Shown here piece by piece: positions 27,061 through 36,918 of a stretch of 43,055 bases of DNA (position 1 is the first letter of the stretch; each line of letters begins with the position of its first letter). The DNA is taken from assembly GCA_934693215.1 (NCBI GenBank), contig CAKUVB010000001.1:1-43055 (forward strand). The letters run 5' to 3'. A model generated the notes under the pieces. That model saw only the letters and a program-made list of their open reading frames with translations, searched no databases and was not told the origin of the DNA. The position numbers were made by a program, and so were the translations under genes. Origin of the DNA: an uncultured Candidatus Melainabacteria bacterium. GTDB lineage: Bacteria > Cyanobacteriota > Vampirovibrionia > Gastranaerophilales > Gastranaerophilaceae.

Positions 27061-28181
27061 TATTTAAAAGCCCCTTTGATTTTATCCTTAACAGATTGTT
27101 TCTTTACTCTACCAGTTTCTATTTCATACAAAGATTCGTACAAACGTCTTTCCTCATTAGAAATATGAGTTGGTGTTTTAACAGAAACAACAACAATATG
27201 ATTACCTCGCATTGATGGATTAGAAATAACAGGAACACCCTCACCTTTTATAGTAATTCTATCCCCTGATTGTAAACCTTGCGGAATAGATACTTTGCGA
27301 GTTCCATCAATTGTTTTTATTTCTACCTCATCACCCAATACAGCTTGTGCCGGAGATACTTCTAATTGGGTATAAACATTTATACCATCTCTATGGAAAT
27401 AGTCAGAAGGTTTGACGTGAATAATTACATACAAATCACCTGCTGGCCCACCGTTTTGTCCGGCATCACCTTCGCCCGACAATCTCATCTTAGAACCTGT
27501 GTCAACACCTTTAGGAACTTTTATTGTAAGAGTTTTTTCAACCTCTTTGCTTCCTTTACCTTTACAATCAGGGCAAGGGTCAGAAACAATTTTACCTTTA
27601 CCATGACATTTTGGACAAGTTGTAATCTGTGCAAAACTACCTAGTATGGTCTGAGTTGTTTGTTGAACTTGTCCTCGTCCACCACAAGTTGGACAAGTAA
27701 CAGGTTGACTGCCTTGTTTTGCACCTGTGCCACCACAAGACTTGCAAGTTTCAAGATGGTCTATTTTTATTTCTCTTTCAACCCCAAACATTGCTTCTTC
27801 AAACTCTAGTTCTATATCAAGTCTAAGATTTTCGCCTCGAGTTGGGGCATTCGGGTCAACTCGTCTTGAACCGCCAAAACCAAATCCACCAAAGAAAGAT
27901 TCAAATACATCATTCAAATCACCAAAGCCTTCAGCAAAAGGTCCTTGAGTTGAATAACCTGCATTTTGTAATCCTTCTTCTCCAAACCTATCATAAGTAG
28001 CACGTTTATTATCGTCCATTAAGGTTTCATAAGCCTTACCCAATTCTTTAAACTTAGCCTCAGCATCTGGTGCTTTGTTTACATCTGGGTGATATTTTCT
28101 TGCCATTTTTCTAAAGGCACTTTTTATTTCGTCTTTGGTTGCATCTTTTGATACGCCCAGTATTTCATAATAATCCGTCAT
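27060..28181 (-). CDS. dnaJ: molecular chaperone DnaJ
   Basis: J domain with HPD (KYHPDVNK), a G/F-rich region and four CxxCxGxG zinc-finger repeats. Confidence 0.95.
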   Translation of the reverse strand: MTDYYEILGVSKDATKDEIKSAFRKMARKYHPDVNKAPDAEAKFKELGKAYETLMDDNKRATYDRFGEEGLQNAGYSTQGPFAEGFGDLNDVFESFFGGFGFGGSRRVDPNAPTRGENLRLDIELEFEEAMFGVEREIKIDHLETCKSCGGTGAKQGSQPVTCPTCGGRGQVQQTTQTILGSFAQITTCPKCHGKGKIVSDPCPDCKGKGSKEVEKTLTIKVPKGVDTGSKMRLSGEGDAGQNGGPAGDLYVIIHVKPSDYFHRDGINVYTQLEVSPAQAVLGDEVEIKTIDGTRKVSIPQGLQSGDRITIKGEGVPVISNPSMRGNHIVVVSVKTPTHISNEERRLYESLYEIETGRVKKQSVKDKIKGAFK

Positions 28182-28207
28182 CTTTTTCTCTTTGCTATTT
28201 ATTATAT

Positions 28208-28804
28208 CTATTCAGCTGTTGCAACATTAACAAGTGCCGGTCTTAGCACTCTGTCACCTAGTTTATATCCCTTTTGCAATACTGCAATTATTGTATGTTC
28301 CGGTTGTTCGCTAGTAGGTGTTTGCATAACAGCTTCATGGAAATTAGGGTCAAATTCTTCTCCTTCGCACTCTATTGTTTCCATACCTACTTTTTGTAAC
28401 GCATCTTTTAATTGTTTATGTACAAGAGCAAAACTTTCTTTTACTTTTTCACAATCTTCAATATCTTTAATAGCCTTTTCTCCTCTATCAAAGTTATCTA
28501 AAACTTCCACCAATTTTTTCAATGTGTCTTCTGCACCATATTTCAAAAGACTTTCACGTTCTTGCGCTTGTCTTTTTCTATAGTTATCAAAATCTGCAGC
28601 AAGTCTTATATATTGATTATTCAAAGTATCATATTCTTGTTGCAACTTATCAATTTGTGCATCTATTTCTGACTTTGAATCTTTATCTATTTCTTCAGTT
28701 TTTTCGACAGTTTGTTCTGCAGGAGCTTTTTCATCAACAACTACTTCAGCTTCCGGATTAACCTCTGTTTTTTCTTGTTCATCTTTATTAAAAGGATTTG
28801 CCAT
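28208..28804 (-). CDS. grpE: nucleotide exchange factor GrpE
   Basis: The acidic N-terminus, RLAADFDNYRKR and the C-terminal GYKLGDRVLRPA.V are GrpE hallmarks. Confidence 0.9.
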   Translation of the reverse strand: MANPFNKDEQEKTEVNPEAEVVVDEKAPAEQTVEKTEEIDKDSKSEIDAQIDKLQQEYDTLNNQYIRLAADFDNYRKRQAQERESLLKYGAEDTLKKLVEVLDNFDRGEKAIKDIEDCEKVKESFALVHKQLKDALQKVGMETIECEGEEFDPNFHEAVMQTPTSEQPEHTIIAVLQKGYKLGDRVLRPALVNVATAE

Positions 28805-28933
28805 AACCTAAACTCCCTTACAGTATCGTACATTCTTAATTATAGATTATCAAGTAACATATACAAGGAAAGTTTATTTTTTTTTAACAATTGAAGATAC
28901 CAAAAAACTCATAAAATACAAACTTTATCAGAT

Positions 28934-29983
28934 TTAGAAAGTTTCTGTTTTATATGGATACAATGAATCTGCCGGTACAACTATTTGACTATTCACTTCC
29001 ACCTGAGATGAACCCTCAATAAGAGGTCTGTTTTTTACAAAATAAAGACTTTCACTTTGGATATAATCACAAATTGTTTTTTCTAGATTAACCCCAAAAT
29101 GTTGATTAATTTCTTTAATAAAATAACAAGGGCTTGTTACATTTATCTCTATAATCTGTTCATTTACAACATCTAACCCGGCCATTGGAATACCCATTTT
29201 ATTAAGCTCTTGAGCTACACGTTTAAAGTTTTGTTCTTCTGAAAATGTTAGTTTTGATTTTCTAATGTAATTATCATTATGTGTATTAAATTTGAAATCA
29301 TCATTCGTAGGAAGTTTTAGTACACATTCTGACAAAACATTATCTCCCAATGTCAAAACACGTTTATCTCCAAATTTGATATCAGGAATATATTTCTGAA
29401 CCATAACAAGAGAGTTTTCGTTATTAGTAACACTATTAATAATAGAACGAGTGTTAGGGTCACCTATATGCAAATACATAACCCCTGAACCAAAACATTG
29501 ATTAAGTGGTTTCAAAACAATTTCGCCACATTCGTTCAAAAAATCTTCTATACGAGAACGACTTGCTGACACAATGTATTTAGGCATAAGGTCTGAAAAC
29601 AACACAGTATGTATTTTTTCGTTAAAATTCCTAATAGCACGTGGGTCATTAATAATTTTTGTATTTTTTACAAAATCCAAAACGTATGTTGCACTCAAAT
29701 AATCCACATCTACAGGTGGGTCTGGACGGAACATTACGAGGTCAAAGTCTTCTACTTTGAAATTCAATATTTCTTTTTGATAAAAAATATTTTCATCTTC
29801 TATATATGATTTGTAAGTTCTTGCATAAGCACTTGAGTTTTCAAGATACAAATTATTTATGGTTGTTATGCAAACATTGTTCCCTCTTTCTAAGAACTCT
29901 TTTATAAGCCAAAAATTTGTAACAAGATTATTAAACTCAAAATACTTTAATTCAATCTTATCAATCACAAATAAAATATTCAT
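28934..29983 (-). CDS. gshB: glutathione synthetase-like ATP-grasp enzyme
   Basis: GDKRVLTLGDN and GLDVV..IIEINVTSP match the prokaryotic GshB signatures (GDKRIL; EINVTSP). The start is set at MNILFVIDK because AGAGG lies upstream; the track's longer start has no SD. Confidence 0.65.
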   Translation of the reverse strand: MNILFVIDKIELKYFEFNNLVTNFWLIKEFLERGNNVCITTINNLYLENSSAYARTYKSYIEDENIFYQKEILNFKVEDFDLVMFRPDPPVDVDYLSATYVLDFVKNTKIINDPRAIRNFNEKIHTVLFSDLMPKYIVSASRSRIEDFLNECGEIVLKPLNQCFGSGVMYLHIGDPNTRSIINSVTNNENSLVMVQKYIPDIKFGDKRVLTLGDNVLSECVLKLPTNDDFKFNTHNDNYIRKSKLTFSEEQNFKRVAQELNKMGIPMAGLDVVNEQIIEINVTSPCYFIKEINQHFGVNLEKTICDYIQSESLYFVKNRPLIEGSSQVEVNSQIVVPADSLYPYKTETF

Positions 29984-30164
29984 AATATACCTCTTTTGTC
30001 CCCTAGTAATATGAACAATCGTAACATCAAAACTATTCTTCAACAAGTTTGTAAAGCTGAATATAGCCCAAGTAGGAAGAAAAATCCTCTAATTGATGTA
30101 CTCAACTGCCGATTTAATAATTTTTATTTTTGGTAAATAACTGTAACGAAATTTTAAAAATATA

Positions 30165-30191
30165 GCAATTTTCATTTTTCAGAATATTTAA
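30165..30191 (+). promoter_or_regulatory. bipartite motif, copy E7 (weak: GCAATTT-N14-ATTTAA)
   Basis: The first box and spacing are exact, and the second box matches 4 of 6. It lies 27 nt upstream of the 47-aa ORF. Confidence 0.25.
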
Positions 30192-30218
30192 AATCGGAGT
30201 AGAAAGGTAACCCCAAAT

Positions 30219-30362
30219 ATGACATCAACCACAATAGAAAAAAACTATACAACAAATTCAATTATTAAAGATTGGCTAACTCTAAGAGCCAAATTAAACA
30301 AAGATAAACAACCCTCTGTAAAAATAGATTATGACAAGTTTAATGTAACTATTGAAGGCTAA
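30219..30362 (+). CDS. possible small ORF, 47 aa (MTSTTIEKNYTTNSIIKDWLTLRAKLNKDKQPSVKIDYDKFNVTIEG)
   Basis: Hand-translated. It is preceded by the weak motif copy E7 and followed by a hairpin at 30376-30397. Confidence 0.3.
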   Translation: MTSTTIEKNYTTNSIIKDWLTLRAKLNKDKQPSVKIDYDKFNVTIEG

Positions 30363-30375
30363 ATAATACTAAAAT

Positions 30376-30397
30376 GGGATACCCTTTAAGATATCCC
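30376..30397. terminator. short hairpin between the convergent 47-aa ORF and the 102-aa gene
   Basis: 6-bp stem GGGATA / TATCCC with a 10-nt loop, followed by T-rich sequence. Confidence 0.3.
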
Positions 30398-30409
30398 ACC
30401 TTTTATATT

Positions 30410-30718
30410 TTACATTCTACGCATATTATATTCATCATCATCGTGTTGATATTCTTTATGTTTTTCAAGCCACCAAAAAGCTATAGCCGGTGCTAGGGCA
30501 AACTGTACAATAAATGCCTTCCACAAAGACATAAACCCGAATACGTGATGTATAAATTCGTGGTAAGTTAAACTATAACAATGCGATATCATCGCATAAA
30601 TATTATGCTTGAATAACATAACCATCAAACATGCCAGTAACATTAAAACTAAACTGACAACAAAATAATTTACAAAAAATCGCCTTTTACATTTTAATCT
30701 TTTTAAACACTTACTCAT
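30410..30718 (-). CDS. hypothetical membrane protein, 102 aa
   Basis: AAGGAG lies 7 nt upstream of the ATG. Two or three hydrophobic helices and an acidic/basic C-terminal tail. Confidence 0.55.
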   Translation of the reverse strand: MSKCLKRLKCKRRFFVNYFVVSLVLMLLACLMVMLFKHNIYAMISHCYSLTYHEFIHHVFGFMSLWKAFIVQFALAPAIAFWWLEKHKEYQHDDDEYNMRRM

Positions 30719-30826
30719 AAAAAATCTCCTTTCGGTAAGAATTTAAAAAAGATTGACAATTTTATCAATTCAACATCTGTACTACGCAAGGAGATTTATT
30801 ATATTATTTTTTATTTTATACCAAAA

Positions 30827-31264
30827 TTATTTGCCTGTAGAACCAAACCCACCTTCACCTCTAACAGTGTCAGTTAATTCTGTTACAACTTCGATTTTCG
30901 CTTGTTCAGCTCTTGCAATTACCATTTGAGCAATTCTTTCTTGAGGTTGGATTGCATAAGTTTCGTTAGAAATATTAACTATCGGAACGCAAACTTCACC
31001 CCTATAATCTTCATCAATCGTACCTACACAGTTAATCAATGTGATACCATGCTTGATTGATAAACCGGAACGTGGTCTTACTTGTGCTTCGTAACCATGC
31101 TCTAACTCAATTTTTAAACCTGTTGGAACAAGTGTTCTCTCTAAAGGTTTTAAAACAATAGGCTCTTCTATTGCCGCACACAAATCCATTCCTGCAGCAC
31201 CTTCTGTTTTATATTCAGGTAAAATTTTATTATGTTCTAATCTTTGAATTTTTAATACTGTCAT
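30827..31264 (-). CDS. dut: dUTP diphosphatase
   Basis: Motifs AAGMDL, RPRSGL, GTIDEDYRGE and RGEGGFGSTG. Confidence 0.95.
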   Translation of the reverse strand: MTVLKIQRLEHNKILPEYKTEGAAGMDLCAAIEEPIVLKPLERTLVPTGLKIELEHGYEAQVRPRSGLSIKHGITLINCVGTIDEDYRGEVCVPIVNISNETYAIQPQERIAQMVIARAEQAKIEVVTELTDTVRGEGGFGSTGK

Positions 31265-31360
31265 ATCATACTCCCTCTATTCCTTTTTTAGTATATATAA
31301 AAAAAAGATTTTTTTCTAATTCATATTTTTATAAAAATCAAAACAAAAATCCCTCATTAA

Positions 31361-31397
31361 AAAACCTGTAGCAAATCAAATATTTACTACAGGTTTT
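31361..31397 (-). terminator. intrinsic terminator after clpC
   Basis: 11-bp stem AAAACCTGTAG / CTACAGGTTTT with a 15-nt loop and a U-run on the minus strand. Confidence 0.6.
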
Positions 31398-31419
31398 TAG
31401 TATTATAAAAATTCAATTA

Positions 31420-33918
31420 TTATTCTTGAACTTCTGCCTTTGGTTGTTCTTCAGCTTGTTCTTCTGCTTGCTTTTCACCTGATTTTTTCTCAAATACAAT
31501 CTTGTCATCTTTTAATTTCAAAAGGATTGTATCACCAGGCTCATAAGCATTAGTAAGAATTTCTTCTGCAAGTTCGTCTTCAATCTTTCTTTGGATAAGA
31601 CGTCTTAGAGGTCTTGCACCATAAGCTTCTGAATAACCGTCTTTTGCTAAGAAATCTTTAACTTCATCAGTTACTTCCATTGTCAATTCACGTTCAGACA
31701 ATCTCTTGAACAAGTCTTTCATCATCAAATCAACGATTTCTCTGATTTCTTCCTTAGACAAGTGAGCAAATACGATAATATCATCAATACGGTTAAGGAA
31801 TTCAGGTCTAAATGCCTTTTTCAATTCCTCATTAACTGTATCTTTAAGTTTTTCGTACTTATCTTTCTTTTCGTTTTCTGCGGTAGAGAAACCAAGTTTT
31901 CCTTGAGTTGTAATCATACTTGCACCAACATTTGATGTCATAATTATAACTGTATTCTTAAAGTTGATATGACGACCTTTAGCATCTGTCAAACGTCCAT
32001 CATCAAGGATTTGTAACATGATGTTGAAGATATCAGGGTGAGCTTTTTCGATTTCGTCAAAAAGAATTACTGAGTAAGGTTTCTTTCTAACAAGTTCAGA
32101 AAGTTGTCCACCATCATCATAGCCAACATATCCCGGAGGAGAACCAATAAGTTTTGCAGTTGAATGTTTTTCCATAAATTCTGACATATCAACACGAATC
32201 ATATTATCCTCAGAACCAAACATTGCTGCTGCTAAAGCTTTTGCAAGTTCTGTTTTACCAACACCTGTAGGACCTGAGAAAATAAAGCTTCCGATAGGTC
32301 TGTTTGGTGATTTCAAACCAACTCTTGCACGTCTGATTGCTTTTGATACCGCAACAATTGCATCATTTTGACCGATTACACGTTCATGAAGAACTTTTTC
32401 AAGATTCAACAATCTTTCGCTTTCACCTTCTGTCAATCTTGTAACAGGAACACCTGTCATTGTTGCGATAACTTCTGCTACATCTTCTGCCGTTACAACA
32501 GGTTTATTTGCTTCGTTATCTTTTTTCCATTGTTCGGTTACTTCTCTGATTTTGTCCTTCATATCAGCTTCATCATCACGTAAAGAAGATGCTTTTTCAA
32601 AATCTTGATTTCTTATTGCTTCTTCTTTATCTTTAACGATTTCTTTTAACTTTTTATCAAGTTCACGAGCTTCAGGACAAAGTGATGAAACTTTTAACCT
32701 AACTTTTGAACTAGCCTCATCTAAAGCATCAATAGCTTTATCAGGAAGGAATCTGTCTGTTACATACTTCGCTGATAACTTTGTAGCCGCAACAACAGCC
32801 TCATCTGATATAACTAATTCGTGGTGTTCTTCGTATTTGAATTTCAAACCACGTATAATTTCTATTGTTTCATCAATAGAAGGTTCTTCAATAATAATTG
32901 ATTGGAATCTTCTTTCTAATGCTGAATCTTTTTCGATGTATTTTCTATATTCATCTAATGTTGTAGCACCAATCACTTGAATTTCACCTCTTGATAAAGC
33001 CGGTTTCAAAATGTTTGCAGCATCAATAGCACCTTCAGCTGCACCAGCACCGATTAGAGTGTGCATTTCATCGATTACAAGAATAACATTACCAGCTTGT
33101 CTGATTTCGTCCATAATCTTTTTAAGACGTTCTTCAAACTCACCTCTGTATTTTGTACCAGCAATCAAAAGACCCATATCTAATTGGATAACTTTTTTAT
33201 CTTCTAAAATATCAGGAACTTCACCGTTCACTATTCTTGTAGCCAAACCTTCTGCTACTGCAGTTTTACCAACACCCGGTTCACCCAATAATACCGGATT
33301 ATTTTTTGTACGACGTGCTAAAATCTGAATAACACGTTCAATTTCTTTTTCACGACCAACAACCGGATCAAGACGCATTTCTGCAGCTGCAAGTGTTAAA
33401 TCTGTACCGTACTCATCTAATGACGGAGTTTTAACCTTTGATGCAGGTGCTGAACCACCACCTGATGAAACTGTTTGTGATTTTGATTCACCAAGCATTT
33501 TTACAACATTTGTTCTAATTTTGTTTAAATCTACACCTAGATTTTCCAAAACTCTTGCTGCAACACCTTCACCTTCTCTTATAAGACCCAAAAGCAAATG
33601 CTCTGTGCCTATATAGTTGTGTCCTAACTGTCTTGCTTCGTCCCAAGATAATTCAAGAACTCTCTTTGCTCTAGGGGTAAAAGGAATTTCTACAGCAACA
33701 AAACCTGAACCTCTACCGATGATTTTTTCAACCTCTACACGAGCATCTTTTAGATTAACTCCCATAGATTTTAGGGTTTTTGCTGCAACGCCTGTACCTT
33801 CGCCAATAAGACCCAATAAAACTTGTTCAGTTCCCACAAAGTTGTGTCCGAGTCTCCTAGCCTCTTCTTGAGCAAGCATTATTACTTTAATAGCTTTCTC
33901 TGTAAAACGTTCGAACAT
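31420..33918 (-). CDS. clpC: ATP-dependent Clp protease ATP-binding subunit ClpC
   Basis: Two Clp_N repeats, Walker A GEPGVGKT and GPTGVGKT, and a UVR-like linker. The N-terminus is almost identical to cyanobacterial/plastid ClpC as I remember it. Confidence 0.95.
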   Translation of the reverse strand: MFERFTEKAIKVIMLAQEEARRLGHNFVGTEQVLLGLIGEGTGVAAKTLKSMGVNLKDARVEVEKIIGRGSGFVAVEIPFTPRAKRVLELSWDEARQLGHNYIGTEHLLLGLIREGEGVAARVLENLGVDLNKIRTNVVKMLGESKSQTVSSGGGSAPASKVKTPSLDEYGTDLTLAAAEMRLDPVVGREKEIERVIQILARRTKNNPVLLGEPGVGKTAVAEGLATRIVNGEVPDILEDKKVIQLDMGLLIAGTKYRGEFEERLKKIMDEIRQAGNVILVIDEMHTLIGAGAAEGAIDAANILKPALSRGEIQVIGATTLDEYRKYIEKDSALERRFQSIIIEEPSIDETIEIIRGLKFKYEEHHELVISDEAVVAATKLSAKYVTDRFLPDKAIDALDEASSKVRLKVSSLCPEARELDKKLKEIVKDKEEAIRNQDFEKASSLRDDEADMKDKIREVTEQWKKDNEANKPVVTAEDVAEVIATMTGVPVTRLTEGESERLLNLEKVLHERVIGQNDAIVAVSKAIRRARVGLKSPNRPIGSFIFSGPTGVGKTELAKALAAAMFGSEDNMIRVDMSEFMEKHSTAKLIGSPPGYVGYDDGGQLSELVRKKPYSVILFDEIEKAHPDIFNIMLQILDDGRLTDAKGRHINFKNTVIIMTSNVGASMITTQGKLGFSTAENEKKDKYEKLKDTVNEELKKAFRPEFLNRIDDIIVFAHLSKEEIREIVDLMMKDLFKRLSERELTMEVTDEVKDFLAKDGYSEAYGARPLRRLIQRKIEDELAEEILTNAYEPGDTILLKLKDDKIVFEKKSGEKQAEEQAEEQPKAEVQE

Positions 33919-34079
33919 TTAATTTAATTCTCCTATATTTATGCATAAAATAAAATTTATATATCTATACTACATAAAAATTCGGAAACTTTCAAGTAGT
34001 GCAAGAAGAATCTACGTATCACGATAAATGAATAAAACTTGTCATACTAACAAATTTTTCAAGACAAACGGTTTATTTA

Positions 34080-35000
34080 TTACTTAACAATCTTACTATT
34101 ATCAATAAACCCGCTATAACCAAACTTAGCAAGCTCTTTTGGAGTATAAACTTTTCTAATTAATCCATCTCTCCTATTGAGTTCTTGAAATTCACCAACT
34201 TCTTGATTTCCATAAATGCCTTCCCAAGGGGCATTAACAATTTCTCGTTCGCCCTTGTCACTCTTTATTTCGTTTGCATTTCCTTCAATAACTGTTATTG
34301 AACCATCAGGATTAACTGACTCTATTATACCAATATGACTTGCATCAAATTTTTTTAACTGACCACCAGAAAGTTGTACCATATAAGATGACTTCCAAAT
34401 AATATAATCACCTTCATGCATTGATTTTGTTTGTTGTCTAATTTGTTTTTCTCTTGATGCACGTTCTTGTTTATAATTTTTTGGAGTAATTTCTTGTTCT
34501 TTTATCGGTTTATATGTTTTCTTATCCGTTGCCCAATCAATAAACTCTTTTACAGACTTTTTATGTCCATCTATGTTCATACCGGCTTCTTCTGACAAAT
34601 GACTAACCGTATGGGCACACCATTGATGATTTAATTTTCCATAATCCCCAATAAGATGCATTTGAGTATTACGTTTTTCTTGTGGAGAAAGTTTATCATA
34701 TTCATTTTGCGTTACTTCTTGAATTCCAAGATGGTTTTGTGCAACATTCAATAAATTCGTTTTATGAGGCTTTTTATACATTAATGACATTGTTTTTTGT
34801 CCAAAAGGTTTTGCAATTTTCCCAACTTTTGGTGGAATAATTTTGGTTTGACCAAATGATATATTTGGGAAAAAACTATTATTTAAATCCACTTTATAAC
34901 TAAACAATGGTGTTTCACCTTTATTTAGTGTTTTTTGTTTGCCCAAAGTATCATCTTGTTGCAAAACCGGTTGAAAATTTATATCGTAAAATTCTGTCAT
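34080..35000 (-). CDS. CHAP-domain (cysteine/histidine amidohydrolase-peptidase) protein
   Basis: The C-terminal half has QWCAHTV (Cys nucleophile context), HIGIIESV (His) and VIEGNA. There is no signal peptide. The ~130-aa N-terminal part is unrecognised. Confidence 0.7.
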   Translation of the reverse strand: MTEFYDINFQPVLQQDDTLGKQKTLNKGETPLFSYKVDLNNSFFPNISFGQTKIIPPKVGKIAKPFGQKTMSLMYKKPHKTNLLNVAQNHLGIQEVTQNEYDKLSPQEKRNTQMHLIGDYGKLNHQWCAHTVSHLSEEAGMNIDGHKKSVKEFIDWATDKKTYKPIKEQEITPKNYKQERASREKQIRQQTKSMHEGDYIIWKSSYMVQLSGGQLKKFDASHIGIIESVNPDGSITVIEGNANEIKSDKGEREIVNAPWEGIYGNQEVGEFQELNRRDGLIRKVYTPKELAKFGYSGFIDNSKIVK

Positions 35001-35020
35001 TAAAATCCTCTTATTATATA

Positions 35021-35047
35021 TAAAGTATTTTTAGAGATAAAAATTGC
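35021..35047 (-). promoter_or_regulatory. bipartite motif, copy E2 (perfect)
   Basis: The minus strand reads AAAAAGGCAATTT-ttatctctaaaaat-ACTTTA. The CHAP gene ATG is 20 nt downstream. Confidence 0.6.
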
Positions 35048-35129
35048 CTTTTTAAAATAAATTTCTATCACCATAAAAACTGGTAAATACGTTAAAGGAT
35101 TTTATAAAAAATAAAGTATCATATATAAT

Positions 35130-35354
35130 ATGAACAATATTTGGAATTTAACAGATAGAGAATATGAAATTTTAAAGTTTATTACTCAAGGATTATCAAA
35201 TCCTGAGATTGCAGAAAAACTTTATATTACAACTCATACTGTAAAAGCTCACATTCTTGCAATATATCAAAAAACAGGTATCCACTCCAGAGTTGTTTTA
35301 GCTGTGAGGGCGATAAAATTAAGAATTATAAATACTGAACATTTTACCGAATAA
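35130..35354 (+). CDS. stand-alone LuxR-type HTH protein, 74 aa
   Basis: LTDREYEILKFITQGLSNPEIAEKLYITTHTVKAHILAIYQK is a complete LuxR/GerE HTH with no receiver or ligand domain. Confidence 0.75.
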   Translation: MNNIWNLTDREYEILKFITQGLSNPEIAEKLYITTHTVKAHILAIYQKTGIHSRVVLAVRAIKLRIINTEHFTE

Positions 35355-35392
35355 ATCTTTACCGATTCGATAATTGGAGTATAATATTTTAT

Positions 35393-35737
35393 ATGTTAAA
35401 AAAGAATTATAGGTTAAAAAACAAGTCCGCTTTTAATGCAACATACCGCATACAAAATTCTTTTTATAAGAACGGAATAATAATGTTTTTGGGACAAAAA
35501 AAAATCGATTCTCATTGTAAAATTGGTTTTGTCGTCAGCAAAAAAACTCACAAACGAGCAGTTAAACGAAACAGATTAAAACGTCTTATGCGAGAAAGTG
35601 TAAGATTGATTATTAAAGATGGTTTTGATTTTAAAAACACCCAATCTATTGTTTTTGTTGGAAAATCAAGAGCATTAGGTAAATCGTTTAAAGAAATAGA
35701 CTCATCAATAAAAGAACTTCTCAAGGAGATAAAATAA
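35393..35737 (+). CDS. rnpA: ribonuclease P protein component
   Basis: LKNKSAFNATYR... and GFVVSKKTHKRAVKRNRLKRLMRE (RNR motif region), with typical size. Confidence 0.85.
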   Translation: MLKKNYRLKNKSAFNATYRIQNSFYKNGIIMFLGQKKIDSHCKIGFVVSKKTHKRAVKRNRLKRLMRESVRLIIKDGFDFKNTQSIVFVGKSRALGKSFKEIDSSIKELLKEIK

Positions 35738-36333
35738 TGCCTCTTGTAGAACGTGCAACACCGCCGAATGTTCGTATTATAGATGAAACTAAATTGTACC
35801 CACGATACCCGTCCGGTCTATTAGAGGGACAGAGCGAACTATATAGATACGGGTATTCTGAGTGCAAACACCCTATTTTAAGACTTGCTGATTATATTAG
35901 CGATTACAACGGCAAGTATCTAAAACCCGGAATATATGAACTTGCCTTGAGTGATGACAAGGAATTCTTGCTATTTATACAATCAGGTAATCTTATGGCT
36001 GTAATACCTGTTTTTAAATTGGCAGAAAGTCAAGAAGAAGTCGAAAAATACCGTCAAGAACAGTCTTACAAAACTGGTCGTTTCAAATACAAACCCAGAA
36101 AACAACGCACAAAAGAAAAAATCCAAAAGGTTTTGAAAGCAAAATATGCGGAAGATTCTATCACTCCCGAACCCGAAGAATACGTTTACCAAAACGCAAC
36201 GATTGAATATATCCCAGAAGGTGGTTACTATCTCGTCACCTATGAAAACGGAATGTATAGAGCTTGGGGTGCAATTAAAACACGTTCAGGATTTGGAAAA
36301 AATCCACCTTCAGATTTGAGAGGTAAACAATAA
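35737..36333 (+). CDS. hypothetical protein, 198 aa, translationally coupled to rnpA
   Basis: The start overlaps the rnpA stop (TAATG). No recognisable motif. Basic stretch KYKPRKQRTKEKIQK. Confidence 0.6.
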   Translation: MPLVERATPPNVRIIDETKLYPRYPSGLLEGQSELYRYGYSECKHPILRLADYISDYNGKYLKPGIYELALSDDKEFLLFIQSGNLMAVIPVFKLAESQEEVEKYRQEQSYKTGRFKYKPRKQRTKEKIQKVLKAKYAEDSITPEPEEYVYQNATIEYIPEGGYYLVTYENGMYRAWGAIKTRSGFGKNPPSDLRGKQ

Positions 36334-36339
36334 CCATTT

Positions 36340-36876
36340 TTATTGCGAATATTTATTATAAATAATATTTTCTTCATTCCATTTTTCAATAGGAGAATTA
36401 TCCGATTTTGGATACCCCACAGGAATTACACATAGAGGAACAATGCATTCCGGCAAATTCAATATTCTCTGAGGAATTTCAACCCTATCTTCTTTTGGAT
36501 AACACGCAGTCCAAACCGCACCTAGACCCAGAGCCTCTGTTGCTATTAAAATATTTTCAACTGCCGCACAACAGTCTTGTACCCAAAATGTATTGGCAGT
36601 TATATCTTCTTTGTTACTAATATCTCCGCAAACGACAATTCCAAGAGGCGAATTCAAAAGCATTTTTGCGTGCGGAAGCTCTGCACCCATAGCTTTCAAT
36701 AAATCTTTATCATCTACTACCACAAACTTCCAAGGCTGACGATTGCGGGCTGACGGTGCTGACATGCCGGCACGAAGTATGGTTAATATCTTATCCTTTT
36801 CTACCGGTTTATCAGAAAATTGTCTTACACTTTTTCTGTTTAATATGGTTTTTATAACGAGGTTTTCTTGCATCAA
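36340..36876 (-). CDS. nitroreductase-family protein
   Basis: RKSVRQFSDKPV, SAPSARNRQPWKFVVV, and family-typical size and C-terminus. Confidence 0.85.
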   Translation of the reverse strand: MMQENLVIKTILNRKSVRQFSDKPVEKDKILTILRAGMSAPSARNRQPWKFVVVDDKDLLKAMGAELPHAKMLLNSPLGIVVCGDISNKEDITANTFWVQDCCAAVENILIATEALGLGAVWTACYPKEDRVEIPQRILNLPECIVPLCVIPVGYPKSDNSPIEKWNEENIIYNKYSQ

Positions 36877-36918
36877 TTTCTACCGTCCCACTGTCGAATG
36901 ATACAAAAATTTTAGCAA

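Noticed and set aside
28243-28251. TTAGCACTC, a CIRCE (HrcA operator) half-site
   Set aside because: It lies inside the grpE coding region near its 3' end and has no GAGTGCTAA partner 9 nt away. It is a chance match.
28934-30046. Longer 370-aa version of the gshB-like ORF starting at 30046
   Set aside because: The extra 21 codons have no SD. The internal ATG at 29983 is preceded by AGAGG and begins with the family-typical MNILFVID.
34080-35000. CHAP protein as a prophage endolysin marking a prophage
   Set aside because: No phage structural, terminase, integrase or holin-cassette genes are nearby. The flanking genes are clpC and rnpA.
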